49,132 bases of DNA, taken from assembly GCA_002256025.1 (NCBI GenBank), contig NKIB01013981.1, forward strand, positions 1 to 49,132, given 5' to 3'. Shown piece by piece: positions 34,899-46,019 of the stretch; the first letter of the stretch is position 1, and each line of letters begins with the position of its first letter. This stretch comes from Asterionella formosa. Taxonomy: Eukaryota. Made by a program: the position numbers and the translations under genes. The notes under the pieces are model-generated. The model saw nothing but the letters and a program-made list of their open reading frames with translations. It had not been told where the DNA came from and did no database searches.

Positions 34899-35457
34899 GA
34901 GATGCGATACAGAATTGAAAAAACTGTAATGTTGTTATGCCACAATTGTATCGGTATGCGGTATACGTGACAAGGTTTTACATTTTTTACCGGCATTATA
35001 TCTGGCCTCTCATGACGTCGTAATAATAACAATATGAGAGTAAAAGATCCAAATATATGAGCAAAATGGTTGTTACCAGGTACCTGGTACTCTTTCGGCG
35101 TATAAATAGACTGTAAACGTCATAACGTACTTTATTTTGGAATCATTAGTATGATGTATCGACAAGAAAAAGAGATTTTATTCCTTTGATGTTTCTATTC
35201 CGCCTGAATTTTAGTACATATACCGATACGGTAGTATGATGGACGAATTCTTTTATTCTGTTAGACCATCGAAAAACCCCATCATCGAAAGAACTCCAGT
35301 ATTTACATGCATTGCATCATCATCGACATGTGCATTGCCATCATTGGCATGTGATGTGTGGCGGCCCTCCTGGCCTTTTGTTTTTGTCCTTCGCCGTTCG
35401 CTTTGACATCAACTCAACAGAAGATCACTAAAAGCACAACAATCCTTTTTGAACACG

Positions 35458-36669
35458 ATGATGAAGATCAATCTTCTCATTCGTCCAAAGCAATTGAAAC
35501 GATCGCTTTCCACCTCGTCCACATTTGGTATTTACAATTTCAGTTCATCATCGTCATTTCTTGTATTTCCAATAATCAGGAAAATGCAAACTTCTGCTGG
35601 CGCTTGGCCGACGAAACAACCGCCATCAGCACTACATCGTCAATGGCTGTCCCTTAGTACTTCTGCTGCACGTATCAGCAACGACGATCTACTTGCTGAG
35701 TTTTTCCCAGTACCAGGCTTTGCTAATCCCTGGACAAACGTTTGGTTGCAACCATTGATTGGGCACGAAGAGTTAGACAAGCGATCGAGGTTTGTCATTC
35801 AATTGATGCAGGAACGATATCAAGAATTACCTTCTCGACTTTTTGACAAGCCGACTCCCTACTGCGTTTACAATATTTTTCAAAGGCTATTAAAGGATAA
35901 ACTGAAAGGTCAACTCGAAACATCCCAGGGACGAGCTCATCGAGCCGACTGTGTCTTGCAGTGTTGTGAATTGTTCTACAACCAACACCATGACAAGGAT
36001 CTTCCTCATCCTACTGCGAACAATTACCGAGCGGTACTTTCCTTATATGCCAAGGAAACGAATACTACTAGAGCGATACCCTTGCGATGCTTGGAGATCT
36101 TGTCTCGCATGCAGCAACGATACAATGAATTTAGTGAAGAAGCCATGAGACCCACAGCACAGTTGTATGTTAATGTCTTTGTTTGTTGGGCTAAATGTCA
36201 AGACGAGAATAATTGGATGGAGGCTGCCCAACTATTACAGGCGTTGCAACCACAAGGACTCATCAATGTTCACTCCTACGAACAAGTCCTTTTGGCATGT
36301 GCCACATCAAAGGAAGGTTCCTCGTCCATGGCTAGGGTAATATGGACCGACTTGAACCAAAACCATGCCATAACGTCAAAAGCCTATGCCGCCTACATGG
36401 CATGTCTTCGACAGTGTGAGAACGGTGAAGAATTACTTCTTCAAACCTTTGGCCGATGTTGTACCTCAGGTCATATCGATAGATTGGTTCTGGAGGAAAT
36501 GTATCAGACCTCGCCGACTCTATGGAATAAGGTTGTCCAACGAGTTACTGGTGGGAAGTGGACTGGAGATCTTCCCCAAGCACTGCCACATGTTGTCATC
36601 ACAAAGGTGCCAGAAATTTGGAAGAGAAATACTAAGACCTCCGGGATAGCAGAAGGTACGCCACTGTGA
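35458..36669 (+). CDS. Helical-repeat (PPR-like) protein, possibly mitochondrial
   Basis: PTANNYRAVLSLYAK, RPTAQLYVNVFVCWAK, NVHSYEQVLLACA, TSKAYAAYMACL; R/S-rich N-terminus with few acidic residues. Confidence 0.6.
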   Translation: MMKINLLIRPKQLKRSLSTSSTFGIYNFSSSSSFLVFPIIRKMQTSAGAWPTKQPPSALHRQWLSLSTSAARISNDDLLAEFFPVPGFANPWTNVWLQPLIGHEELDKRSRFVIQLMQERYQELPSRLFDKPTPYCVYNIFQRLLKDKLKGQLETSQGRAHRADCVLQCCELFYNQHHDKDLPHPTANNYRAVLSLYAKETNTTRAIPLRCLEILSRMQQRYNEFSEEAMRPTAQLYVNVFVCWAKCQDENNWMEAAQLLQALQPQGLINVHSYEQVLLACATSKEGSSSMARVIWTDLNQNHAITSKAYAAYMACLRQCENGEELLLQTFGRCCTSGHIDRLVLEEMYQTSPTLWNKVVQRVTGGKWTGDLPQALPHVVITKVPEIWKRNTKTSGIAEGTPL

Positions 36670-36911
36670 TCTGTATTGCTTACGAGCAGTTTCTATGGGG
36701 TTGGACTAGCATTGACGATCAAGAGTGGACCTATGTATGATTCGCAGAGTGAAATATGTAATTAAATGCCTAAATGTGAATTATGCACCAATTTCGTATT
36801 ACGTCTCTTGTGTGGTGATTGAGGAAAAAATGTCTTTATGTAAATAGTCTCGTGCATAGTATTCAATGTGAGATATGGATTGCAGCAATGTACCTTGCAT
36901 TATCTTTTCAT

Positions 36912-38042
36912 TTAGTGACTGCTCAACTTATTGAGCGCGTGAAACGATTCCGACTTGCCAGCAGCACACGATAGCGGCGTTTCACCAACAAAACTGTTCT
37001 GTCGTGCAGCTGCTGGATTAGCGTTAAAGAGCATTTGGATGACTTCTGCCGAACACCCATTCTTGGCAGCAATATGCAATGGAAGACATCCACTAAGCTT
37101 GGACTTGACCTTGGCAGCCTCGGGTTCCAATTCCACAAGTGTGCGAATCACATCAGGCTTTACCGTTCTCTGGCAGGCAAGATGTAGAGGTAGCCACCCT
37201 TGAGTTTGTGTAGGTCGCATGAGCCCTTCAGGGAACGCCTTGTGCAACCGAATGAGAGTAGCTGGAGATCCTCCGTGCAAGGCTGCCAAGTGAATGGGAA
37301 GCTCATGATCGTGAGTGCATGTCATGGCAGCCGCAGTAGGATACACATCAACAATGGATGAGATAATGTCCTCGCTGTCTCGGCAAAGACAAGCCAAATG
37401 CAATGGATGCCATCCAGCACGGTCTTTCCATGCTGCAGCTTCAGGCCAAATGCCTGAGTGACAAAATTTGTGTAAGCGTTAGAATTTCCTTCATGGAAAA
37501 GGCTTCTCATGAGTCAGGTTGAAGCAATTAGAACTTACTTAGGATACGATCCACCACAGCCAGGTCGCTATGATACATGCAAGCCAAGTGGAGGACTGTT
37601 TTGCCGCTAATTCCGAAAGTCTCAACCGCTTCAGGATATTCGGCAATGAGGTCCAAAACTATAGGTGTAACAGCCTTGTTGCGCATGGCGACACGAAGGG
37701 GAAGCATACCAAGTTTGTTTTTGGTAGAAATTGTCTCTGCATCACGAACAAAATATTTTCACATAAGAATGATCAGAAATTATTCATTCACAACCAAATC
37801 TCAATCATTAACCCTTAAAACTTACTCGGACATGCTTTCATGAGCAACTTTACGAGCTCATACGGAGGTTGATGCATCAAAGCCGTCGTCAATGGATAGC
37901 TCATGTAGGGACCAGATTGTTGATGAGCCAAGCCGGGATCCTTTTTGATAAGCTCAAGCGCTTGATCCCAGTTTTCCACTTCGAGTAGAGTATGGAAGTT
38001 ATAGGTCTGGATAGACATGCTTTCCCCATTGACTATATCCAT
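36912..38042 (-). CDS. Ankyrin-like repeat protein (LPLHLAC...PEAA type); exons 37826-38042, 37539-37736, 36912-37453
   Basis: Repeats GMLPLRVA, GKTVLHLAC, GWHPLHLAC, ELPIHLAA, GWLPLHLAC, GCLPLHIAA; two GTAAGT...CAG introns keep the frame. Confidence 0.85.
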
Positions 38043-40047
38043 TGTTGATAGTTTTATTTGTTGATTTACTAGTATATATCCTGTCGAGTTCGTTAAATTG
38101 TGAAAATATGAGATCAAGCTGCATGATTACGTGACGGAATGAGGGTGCTGATGCTGATTGACAGCAGAAGAACAATGCATCCATTAAAATCCTACAGGGT
38201 GTTCGCATTGTCACCTGCACATCATGTGACATTGCTGACGTCAAATGTATTTGTAGCACTGCGTTGCTTGCTGCAGTTCTCATTCTACCGGTACCAGGGT
38301 ACCAGGTACCATGTACTGTAAGTGCGTCGAGTATACTAAACTACGGGGGAGCGAGGTAAAATCAAATTGATTGCACGTGCAAGAGACGTACCGGTGGTAT
38401 ATTGCATGTGTTAGCGTGTTCTTTGCGACATCCACTTTGCTGTGACGAAATACGAACCACTGCTCCTAGAATGACCTGGTACCTGGTACTAGTACCGGGT
38501 ACCATGTACCACAGTCTACTGTTTCCCGGTACACTTCATTCAAGTAATGAATCCGTCGTCTAGCTAACACACATGCAAGCAATGTGATGCCGGGGTTCTC
38601 ATTTCCTTCTGCAAAACATTATGGTTGAGGAACGAGGAAGAATGGCTGATGACGGTATACCGGTAAGGGAATTGTGAGTGATGCACGGAATTTTTTTGTG
38701 AACAATACTCTTTTTGTGGCTTTGAGCAGCTTCGTGGGATTCTCGAACAATGCCACATCCAAACTTTGACTTTTCGAAAATGCCATGTAGACCATTTCAC
38801 AGTAACATGATAGAAATTTACAAGGGAGGTACAGGAAACTCTGTATTTCCATTCTCAGTGGAAAATTGCTTATGTTTGTCATGCTCAGACCTTGCTGGTT
38901 GTTTCTGAAATCTTGCAAAATTCTAGTCGCACATGCAGAAGTTAATGTACTCCTGAGAGGAAAGTTCTGAGAAGTATGCATTATTTTGAGAAGTTCATCA
39001 ACTTCTTGAAAACGATGCACAGTGGAATTAAATATCCAGGTGGGGCAATGTAGTCATTTCATGGCTTTTGCACAAGTTGCTCATTTGCAATCCTATGTTT
39101 ATACCTGATAGGAGTTGCTACAAGAATACCAGTTTACTGATGATCATATAGCTTCAGAAGAGTATGTTTCAACACATATTTTATCATACATACACATTCT
39201 GTCCTCTATTGCTTGTACCTGCTATGTAGTTGACTACTGAGTATACTCAATTTTGTAGAGAACTACCTTTATAGTTTTGATTAAGTATGTCCAAGCAATA
39301 AATATACAGTTACAAATTACATACATGTACATAATATTTTGATGTTTACTGTCACCACATAGCACTGTCATTGATTTCAATGAAACAGCCATGAAACATT
39401 TGACTGGTATATAATGGCAAATGTGTATCACGTGGAGAGAGAAATCAAATGAATAGACCACAGAAACCCAGAGGTGAACGCAAACACCTCAAAAGAATGC
39501 AAAAGCCAGTGACAAACACAAAAAACAGAAAACATTCCAGGATGTAAGGTTTTTTGTTTGTCTCTGGGATTCTGCATTCTTTGGCATTTGTCTCCGGATT
39601 TTCAAGGTCTTTTGTATACTGTTTTGAACTTTGCATTATTTTTGTGCAATGTGATGCAAGGTCAATTTTGGATAAAACACAATTATTCTACCTGTCATCT
39701 CATACTGTGGAGTCTCCATCACCATCCAGTACATGGTGTACACTCCAGGGATTAGAAAGTTCCTTAGTTTGAATCAAGGTAAATGAGAGGGGCATGGATC
39801 ATTAGAAGCTCAAGAGGGAGTCTCATGACCTCTCATTATCATTTTTATTGAAAATCTGAAAAACTGAGCATGTCCATGGCCAAACGAGACACATCAATTG
39901 GTAAGTGGGAGCATCCCGCAATTTATAAATCACAGAGTGCGCCACATCGAGCATGCAACAGCCAGCTGTGTTATAAGAAATCAGTTATAATTCCATCGGA
40001 AGGGAATCCTCCACATGTCGTGATTCGTGTTCTGGGGTGAGCAAACC

Positions 40048-40716
40048 CTACAACAAGACACTTCGTGTCATGTGATCAGCAGACACTGATGATTGCTCAC
40101 ATTCTTCGATGTCTGATGAGGCCTCGACTGTATGCTCAACTTCTTGCAAAATTAGCTGTTCTACAAAGATTTCTGCCTCGTGAGCCGTATCAGTAAAATT
40201 TGTGGCGGCCTGTTGTGGACTCAAGTACTCCCTCCGACAGCAAGGGCAGGTCGTCTGTTGTTGCAATGCTTCGATTATGCACTGTTCATGAAACTCATGA
40301 ATACACAAATCATTGGGGGACCCAGCCACTTTATCTCCTTCGTGCAACTCTTCTAAACATATCTCACAAGTCAAAGGTGGATCAAATTCTTTCATTGTCC
40401 GACGCACCAGAGGTTCGACATTCACCGAAAAGGATGCATAGAATTGGGCTTCGTCATAATGCGATTCGTTCTCCCCAACCGCACCTTGCGTCTCTATGTC
40501 ATTCGGTTGTCGCCGTATCAAAGCTTCTCGATATATGATCGATCCCACCACAGCAGCAAGGGCATAGAGTAGGGAGAAGTATGGACCCAATGACAGCAAC
40601 AATGTTGCGAAAAGAACTATGCAAACAAGCCAAATAGCGCATTCACCAAGGTGCGTTTGCCGTGCGCTGTCGCTCCTCGCATTCGTCTGCGTCGTAATTG
40701 CTGATGAAAAACACAT
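40048..40716 (-). CDS. Membrane-anchored RING-H2 protein (putative E3 ligase)
   Basis: Two N-terminal TM segments; CEIC...CIHEFHEQC...CPCC (C3H2C3). Confidence 0.85.
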   Translation of the reverse strand: MCFSSAITTQTNARSDSARQTHLGECAIWLVCIVLFATLLLSLGPYFSLLYALAAVVGSIIYREALIRRQPNDIETQGAVGENESHYDEAQFYASFSVNVEPLVRRTMKEFDPPLTCEICLEELHEGDKVAGSPNDLCIHEFHEQCIIEALQQQTTCPCCRREYLSPQQAATNFTDTAHEAEIFVEQLILQEVEHTVEASSDIEECEQSSVSADHMTRSVLL

Positions 40717-40843
40717 GACAGCTAAATCCTATAATCTGTTGAACCGACTGTTTGATACCGACGATTTTTTGATAATTGAGTCATTTGTTGTCCCGACAAA
40801 AATATATTTCCTATTTTCGCTAAACCGTCATGAAGTACCGTAG

Positions 40844-41322
40844 TGTCAAAGTGGACTCATCCAATGTTTAGAAGGTATGACTCTCAGTCAAATGAGTCGA
40901 CATACTAGGGTGTATCAAGCTCCATTCAACCACACAATATAATTCTGGGATAATGAGCCAGACAAACTAGATTATTTGGAAGACTTATAGTTTGAATCTA
41001 GTGATCAATGGTTATGAACCTATGACCAATGTATGTGAGGTAGATATGGTTCTATCTATAAATGAATAATTTAACAAATGCAAAAGCTATTAACTCACAC
41101 TAAGAATATAGCAACAAAAGAGAAACACATTTCTCTGTCCATAGTCTTTGTGTAACAATAGAATCATCTACAAAAGGTAATACTTTAATGCAGTAATAAG
41201 TGGATTTAAGTGACATCATGTCAACAGAGATGTCTGAAGAGTGCATGAGGCTCATCAATTTTGATGGCAAGGAAACAAATTGGTATCAGTGGAGTGTGAA
41301 GATGCGCGCTTGTGCTCACTAG
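40844..41322 (+). mobile_element. Ty1/Copia remnant: putative 5' LTR (TG at 40844 to CA at 41172) and gag N-terminus (41218-41322)
   Basis: MSTEMSEECMRLINFDGKETNWYQWSVKMRACAH* resembles the FDG..W..W..KM start of Copia gag; LTR limits are tentative. Confidence 0.5.
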
Positions 41323-41700
41323 CTAGGCCAGCAGAGGATTCCAAATGCTGGAAGATTTAGAGTAAGTTCTTGTCAAGTACAGCAAGGACCTCATCTTCAC
41401 TATTGCCACCTTCTTCAATTACATCTAATTCACCACCACCTTCTTCTTCGATACTAGTAGACTTCTTTTGGTTGACATTTATTTCTTCATTTCCCTCTGA
41501 CCAACTTCCCTCATCATCAAAACTGTCTACTTTCCTTGGCAAAGTAATCTCATCATGACTGTTTTTATCGACATCGTCCAACCCAGGTGATTTCAAATTG
41601 CCGGGTTGTGATGGGAACCATACTATGACAATTTTGAGGCAGTGGATAATAGAGTGAAACTGTTAGGCATAAGGGATATTTATTTACAGATGGATGTTTA

Positions 41701-41775
41701 GGGAATGATGGCTTAGTGGTTTAGCACATTGCATTTGATCTGATGTTTTGAGGTTTGATTTCCGCAATCTTTTTT
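41701..41775 (+). other. Degenerate tRNA-like/SINE-head sequence
   Basis: A-box-like TGGCTTAGTGG (41709-41719), B-box-like GGTTTGATTTCC (41752-41763), then T6; stems only partly pair. Confidence 0.3.
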
Positions 41776-42358
41776 AGAATTAATTGTTGGGTTCGACTAC
41801 CACGCTCCTTACCATCCCATACGGTCTTGCCTGGTGTGCAAGAAAAAGTGGGTTGCGCCCATACAAGCAGCTTAGTATGCCACCTCCCTAGGCAGTCGGA
41901 GTTTCCCCTAACACCTTGGCTAAGACAATCACCTTTTGCAAAAGGTGATTGGGGACTCACCTATGCTAACAAAACTGGGGAAGCACAGGTCTTGTCAGCA
42001 GGTAGCACCAGACCAGAGTGATTGCTTTTTTGCCATGTCGATGATACCATTTTTCTGACAATTCCCCAGAGGGAACCTGTGGCCTCTGTAGCTTTACTAC
42101 CAGAGGATATCCTTGCTGCTCCGTTTTTGCACTAGACTTGTCCTTTTTAATTTCGCTTTTATCCTTAGCTAAAAAGTGTTTTACTAGGAATATAACCATT
42201 GGTCTCATGTTGTTTTCCAATTTATTGGTGAGGGATCCCAGTAGACAATAGAATGCCAAAAAAGGAAAACAAGTCAATTTAGTTTGATGAATTGCCAACG
42301 CCAAGAACACCAGAGCATGCCATGCCAAGAATCTATGTCAGAACATAGATGAACGAAT

Positions 42359-44293
42359 TCAAGAATTACTTAGTACCGTCAAGGTCAAATTTAGTATTGG
42401 ATGAGAGTAATCGGAGGCGAACAACATTTCAACTTTCCTCTCCAACTCAGGTGTGAAATGAGTAAGTAGTAAATCTTTTGCACCGGTCTGATGCCTGGCT
42501 TGGTTATTGGTAAAAATTGGATCTTTCCCACTTTCTCCCCAACCTGATGAACCATATAGTTCCCATAAACCAAGATGAGTTAGCAATTTTTTCGTGTCAT
42601 CTGCAGCAGTCTCCAAATGACCAACAAATGTAATATAATTCCAATAATTATCGGCCACTCGAGATGATTGGGATGCCCAATGTGGGTTTGGGCACCAATG
42701 AATGATTTCAGCAAATCCTTCAAGACTCTTGATCTGTTTGTTAATTTCAGTCCGACAATGCTCAGGTGCATTGTCTTGGTAGCAACATTTTTCCTTGACG
42801 AATTTGCCCCTTGCCCTCACCCCCTTGTCAAGGTAGGCAGACAACAGTCGCTCTTTGGGGTCACGCACAAACATGGCTCTTGTCCAATTTGGTGAAGTCA
42901 ATATATCATATGCCTTTTCAGGAGTATAATGATAAAGGTAAACGAGTCCATTGATTGCCGGATTATGTGGCACACCACCGGGATCGTCCTTTCTATAGTC
43001 GTCATGACCCATGATTCGTCGAAAGAGTTGCTTGAAGATGGTGCACCCTACCTTGGCAATAGTGAAGAATATGAGATTGTGCCCTTCGACTACAATAGGC
43101 GAGCAATCCCAGCATTGTGTGGCACCCTTGTAGATTGTGTCATTTTCAGGAATGATTGTGGAGTTACTATCAAGTGCTGTGGAAATGTTATTCCATGTTT
43201 CGTTGGGTAAAATATGGGCTACAGTACCCAAGGCATCCACACTGTTGTTAGATTCAAGAGCACTCCAGTCAATTGTCTTGATTTTCAGATCAAGCACTAT
43301 GTGTTCATAATCCTTCGCATATAGGTCAAAATCTACAAGTCTTTCCAGCTCAGGAGTGTAATAGTTCAGCAAACGATTATTTGATCCCGTCGTGTGTGGA
43401 GATAGATTTGCATCAAATATGCTGTTTGTCCCCTTTTGACCCCAACCGTTCGCTCCATACTCGTCCCATGCACCTAATTTTCGTAACAAAACTTCTGCGT
43501 CCTTTGCAGCCGACTCCAAGTGTCCGACAAAATCAATGAACGGCCAGTATTTGGGTTCCATTCGATCTGCTTGCAAACTCCAATGCGGATCTTTACACCA
43601 TTGCGTTAGATTGATGAATCCAGAAAATGATTCAGCAGCTTTCCGGACTAGTTGTTTGCATTCTGTATTACTTGGCGTACAGCACATGGCTTTAATTTTC
43701 CGACCACGGTTCGGTTTCCCCTTATCTAAAAAAGCACTCAAGAGGCGTTCCTTTGGATCCCTGACAAAGACAGCCCGAGTCCAGTCGGGGCTAGTCATCA
43801 TGTGAGTTGCTTCCTTCCTATCGTAGTGATATAGATACTTTAATCCATTGAACTTTGGGTCATGAGGAATCGCAGCGGATCCTTCTGTCACTTCTAGCCA
43901 GTTTTCAAATCCCATGATGCGACGACACAGTTGCTTCCATACTGTACACCCAACCTTTGCATTCGTGAAGAATAGCAATTTAAACTTTTCTATAACAATG
44001 GGTGCACATTCGATGCACCGCGGTTTGCCCTTGTAAATGGAGTCCTCGACTTGAACTTCAATGGTTGGCCGCTCATCAAAAGGATGGGTGCTGCTGAAGG
44101 ATGATGGTAATGGCTTTGTTGTTGTCGACTCTTTCGTCTCCGTGTTCTGTAGATTGGAGGAGGACGATGGTTCTAATCCTTCATTGTAACTTGGAGAATC
44201 GTCAGCAATCGTGGAGAAATGAATGTTGCAGAGCGTCAGAAACACCACTACAAAAATGGCAGTCCCAAAGGCCAGTTCATGTCGTCTCAGCAT
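42359..44293 (-). CDS. Type II membrane carbohydrate sulfotransferase (Sulfotransfer_2 family) with two tandem catalytic domains
   Basis: N-terminal TM; AKVGCTVWK / AKVGCTIFK (5'-PSB) and FVRDPKERLLSA(F/Y)LDK (3'-PB) each occur twice. Confidence 0.9.
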   Translation of the reverse strand: MLRRHELAFGTAIFVVVFLTLCNIHFSTIADDSPSYNEGLEPSSSSNLQNTETKESTTTKPLPSSFSSTHPFDERPTIEVQVEDSIYKGKPRCIECAPIVIEKFKLLFFTNAKVGCTVWKQLCRRIMGFENWLEVTEGSAAIPHDPKFNGLKYLYHYDRKEATHMMTSPDWTRAVFVRDPKERLLSAFLDKGKPNRGRKIKAMCCTPSNTECKQLVRKAAESFSGFINLTQWCKDPHWSLQADRMEPKYWPFIDFVGHLESAAKDAEVLLRKLGAWDEYGANGWGQKGTNSIFDANLSPHTTGSNNRLLNYYTPELERLVDFDLYAKDYEHIVLDLKIKTIDWSALESNNSVDALGTVAHILPNETWNNISTALDSNSTIIPENDTIYKGATQCWDCSPIVVEGHNLIFFTIAKVGCTIFKQLFRRIMGHDDYRKDDPGGVPHNPAINGLVYLYHYTPEKAYDILTSPNWTRAMFVRDPKERLLSAYLDKGVRARGKFVKEKCCYQDNAPEHCRTEINKQIKSLEGFAEIIHWCPNPHWASQSSRVADNYWNYITFVGHLETAADDTKKLLTHLGLWELYGSSGWGESGKDPIFTNNQARHQTGAKDLLLTHFTPELERKVEMLFASDYSHPILNLTLTVLSNS

Positions 44294-45101
44294 ATTGTTG
44301 TCAGTTGTCAGTGGAGAGTATCATTAGTTGATAGTTGACCCCTACCGGTATGCATACCGTCAACGGTAGGAGTCTATATTGCATGGAGACGAGTCAAATA
44401 CCGGCACATAGATATGCTGGCAAATGGTTCACCATGCTGATGTGCATTCCGTACTTCCGTTCGATCACTTCCTTGGGTGTACTTTGTTTCGGATTGCGTT
44501 CTTATCATGCGAGTAACAAAAAAATCAATACTAGTAAATGCATGTAGAAATGTGATGGTATTCTTTTACTGCAGGATACAGTATTCCTGAAAGCGTGCTG
44601 CCTAAAAACAGGTAAACGATGGTTAAGGCCACTCACAAAATAGTACGACTGCATACACATACGAACAGCTATAATTCTCATTTTTGGGGCTTTTCTACTA
44701 GGAACCGACTACCTACGCACGGACGACCAACGGTTTTTGACTTGTTCTCCTGCCTGACGAATCAACTCATGCTACATAGTTGACAGGTACCAGGGTACCG
44801 AAATATAACAGAGTATTTATTATTCTGCATTTTTCTTTTTCCTCTCCGTTCCTCCGCCTCACATGATGCTTTAACCACTTTTCATCATGTGGTGATGTCA
44901 GTGTGTGCCCATCCTCAAGAATTGCATTATACTACGTACGACTACAAAATCATTGCATACGTTTGACACTTTTCGTGTCCTCGCTTGTATCACTTTTTTT
45001 GCTTTCCCATTTCAACTATAATCAACAATTTATATTCTAAATAACCCTGTGTACGACTCTGCAAACATCTCCCTAGCTGCTCTATCATCATTACCTTAAA
45101 A

Positions 45102-46019
45102 ATGAGTTTGGACGCCCGATCCTCGCTTCAACTTGGTGTTGTCTTGTTTGCCATTGTTGTTGCGATGCTGATCAACCTAGACAAAGCGGAACAAGCTGTG
45201 GCGTCAGACTACGACGTACCATCCATCATTGAACGAGGAAAACGAATTCAAACATTTGAAGCTCAGAATCTCTATAGTGCGTATCAAGCCGTTCAAGAAG
45301 AATACCACGAAAAAGCGTTTATTTCCAAAGACTGGAGACTATTAAACTCCAAAAACAATGTTGAAATATCCATGTTGGAACACCCGTCAGACCCAGCGTG
45401 CCCCTACATTAAAATGCAAGCTACTATTAATGTTAGTGTCCAAGAATGTTGGGATTGGCTACGACTGGAGCATTGGAAGGTCAATATGAAGAAAATGGAT
45501 CCTTTCTATGAGGGACACGAGATTGTAGTGCAAAAGCAATTCAAGGGAGTGTCCATGACGTTGGCTCGGAAACGCACCAAACGTATTGTGACCTTTGGCA
45601 AGCGTGATTTTGTATTTGTCAGTGTTTCAGATTTGCCAAGACCCGATGGGACGTGGGTGAGTGGGACTGTGAGTATCATTTCAGATAAGCTCCGAAGAAT
45701 GCCTTCCTATACTCGAGCCTTTCAAGATTCGATTGCCTTTTACAAGCCATTGGGAAAGGATAGAACCAAACTTACCATAGTATGCCGCATTGATTTGAAT
45801 GACAACTCTGAAGGCGGAGAAGGAGGATCTATTCCCATGTGGCTGTATGTCAAGACAATTGGTGCCACTGGCTTGCGAAGTGTAAATAGTTTGAGAAGCC
45901 ATTTGGAAAAGGAGAGACAGGAACGCGAGGCCAGGGGTGAAGTATTAGACCGCGTTGCTTTCCCAAGGGGAGGATTTACTTTGAGAAGGCCTTGGTGGCA
46001 AAAGGTGATGCCGAACTAG
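45102..46019 (+). CDS. START/SRPBCC lipid-binding domain protein with an N-terminal hydrophobic anchor
   Basis: WRLLNSKNNVEIS, FGKRDFVFV, TKLTIVCRIDL, GGSIPMWLY. Confidence 0.8.
   Translation: MSLDARSSLQLGVVLFAIVVAMLINLDKAEQAVASDYDVPSIIERGKRIQTFEAQNLYSAYQAVQEEYHEKAFISKDWRLLNSKNNVEISMLEHPSDPACPYIKMQATINVSVQECWDWLRLEHWKVNMKKMDPFYEGHEIVVQKQFKGVSMTLARKRTKRIVTFGKRDFVFVSVSDLPRPDGTWVSGTVSIISDKLRRMPSYTRAFQDSIAFYKPLGKDRTKLTIVCRIDLNDNSEGGEGGSIPMWLYVKTIGATGLRSVNSLRSHLEKERQEREARGEVLDRVAFPRGGFTLRRPWWQKVMPN

Noticed and set aside
38540..39460. Minus-strand ORFs (38619-39020 and neighbours) as a gene
   Set aside because: No motifs and no coherent exon structure found
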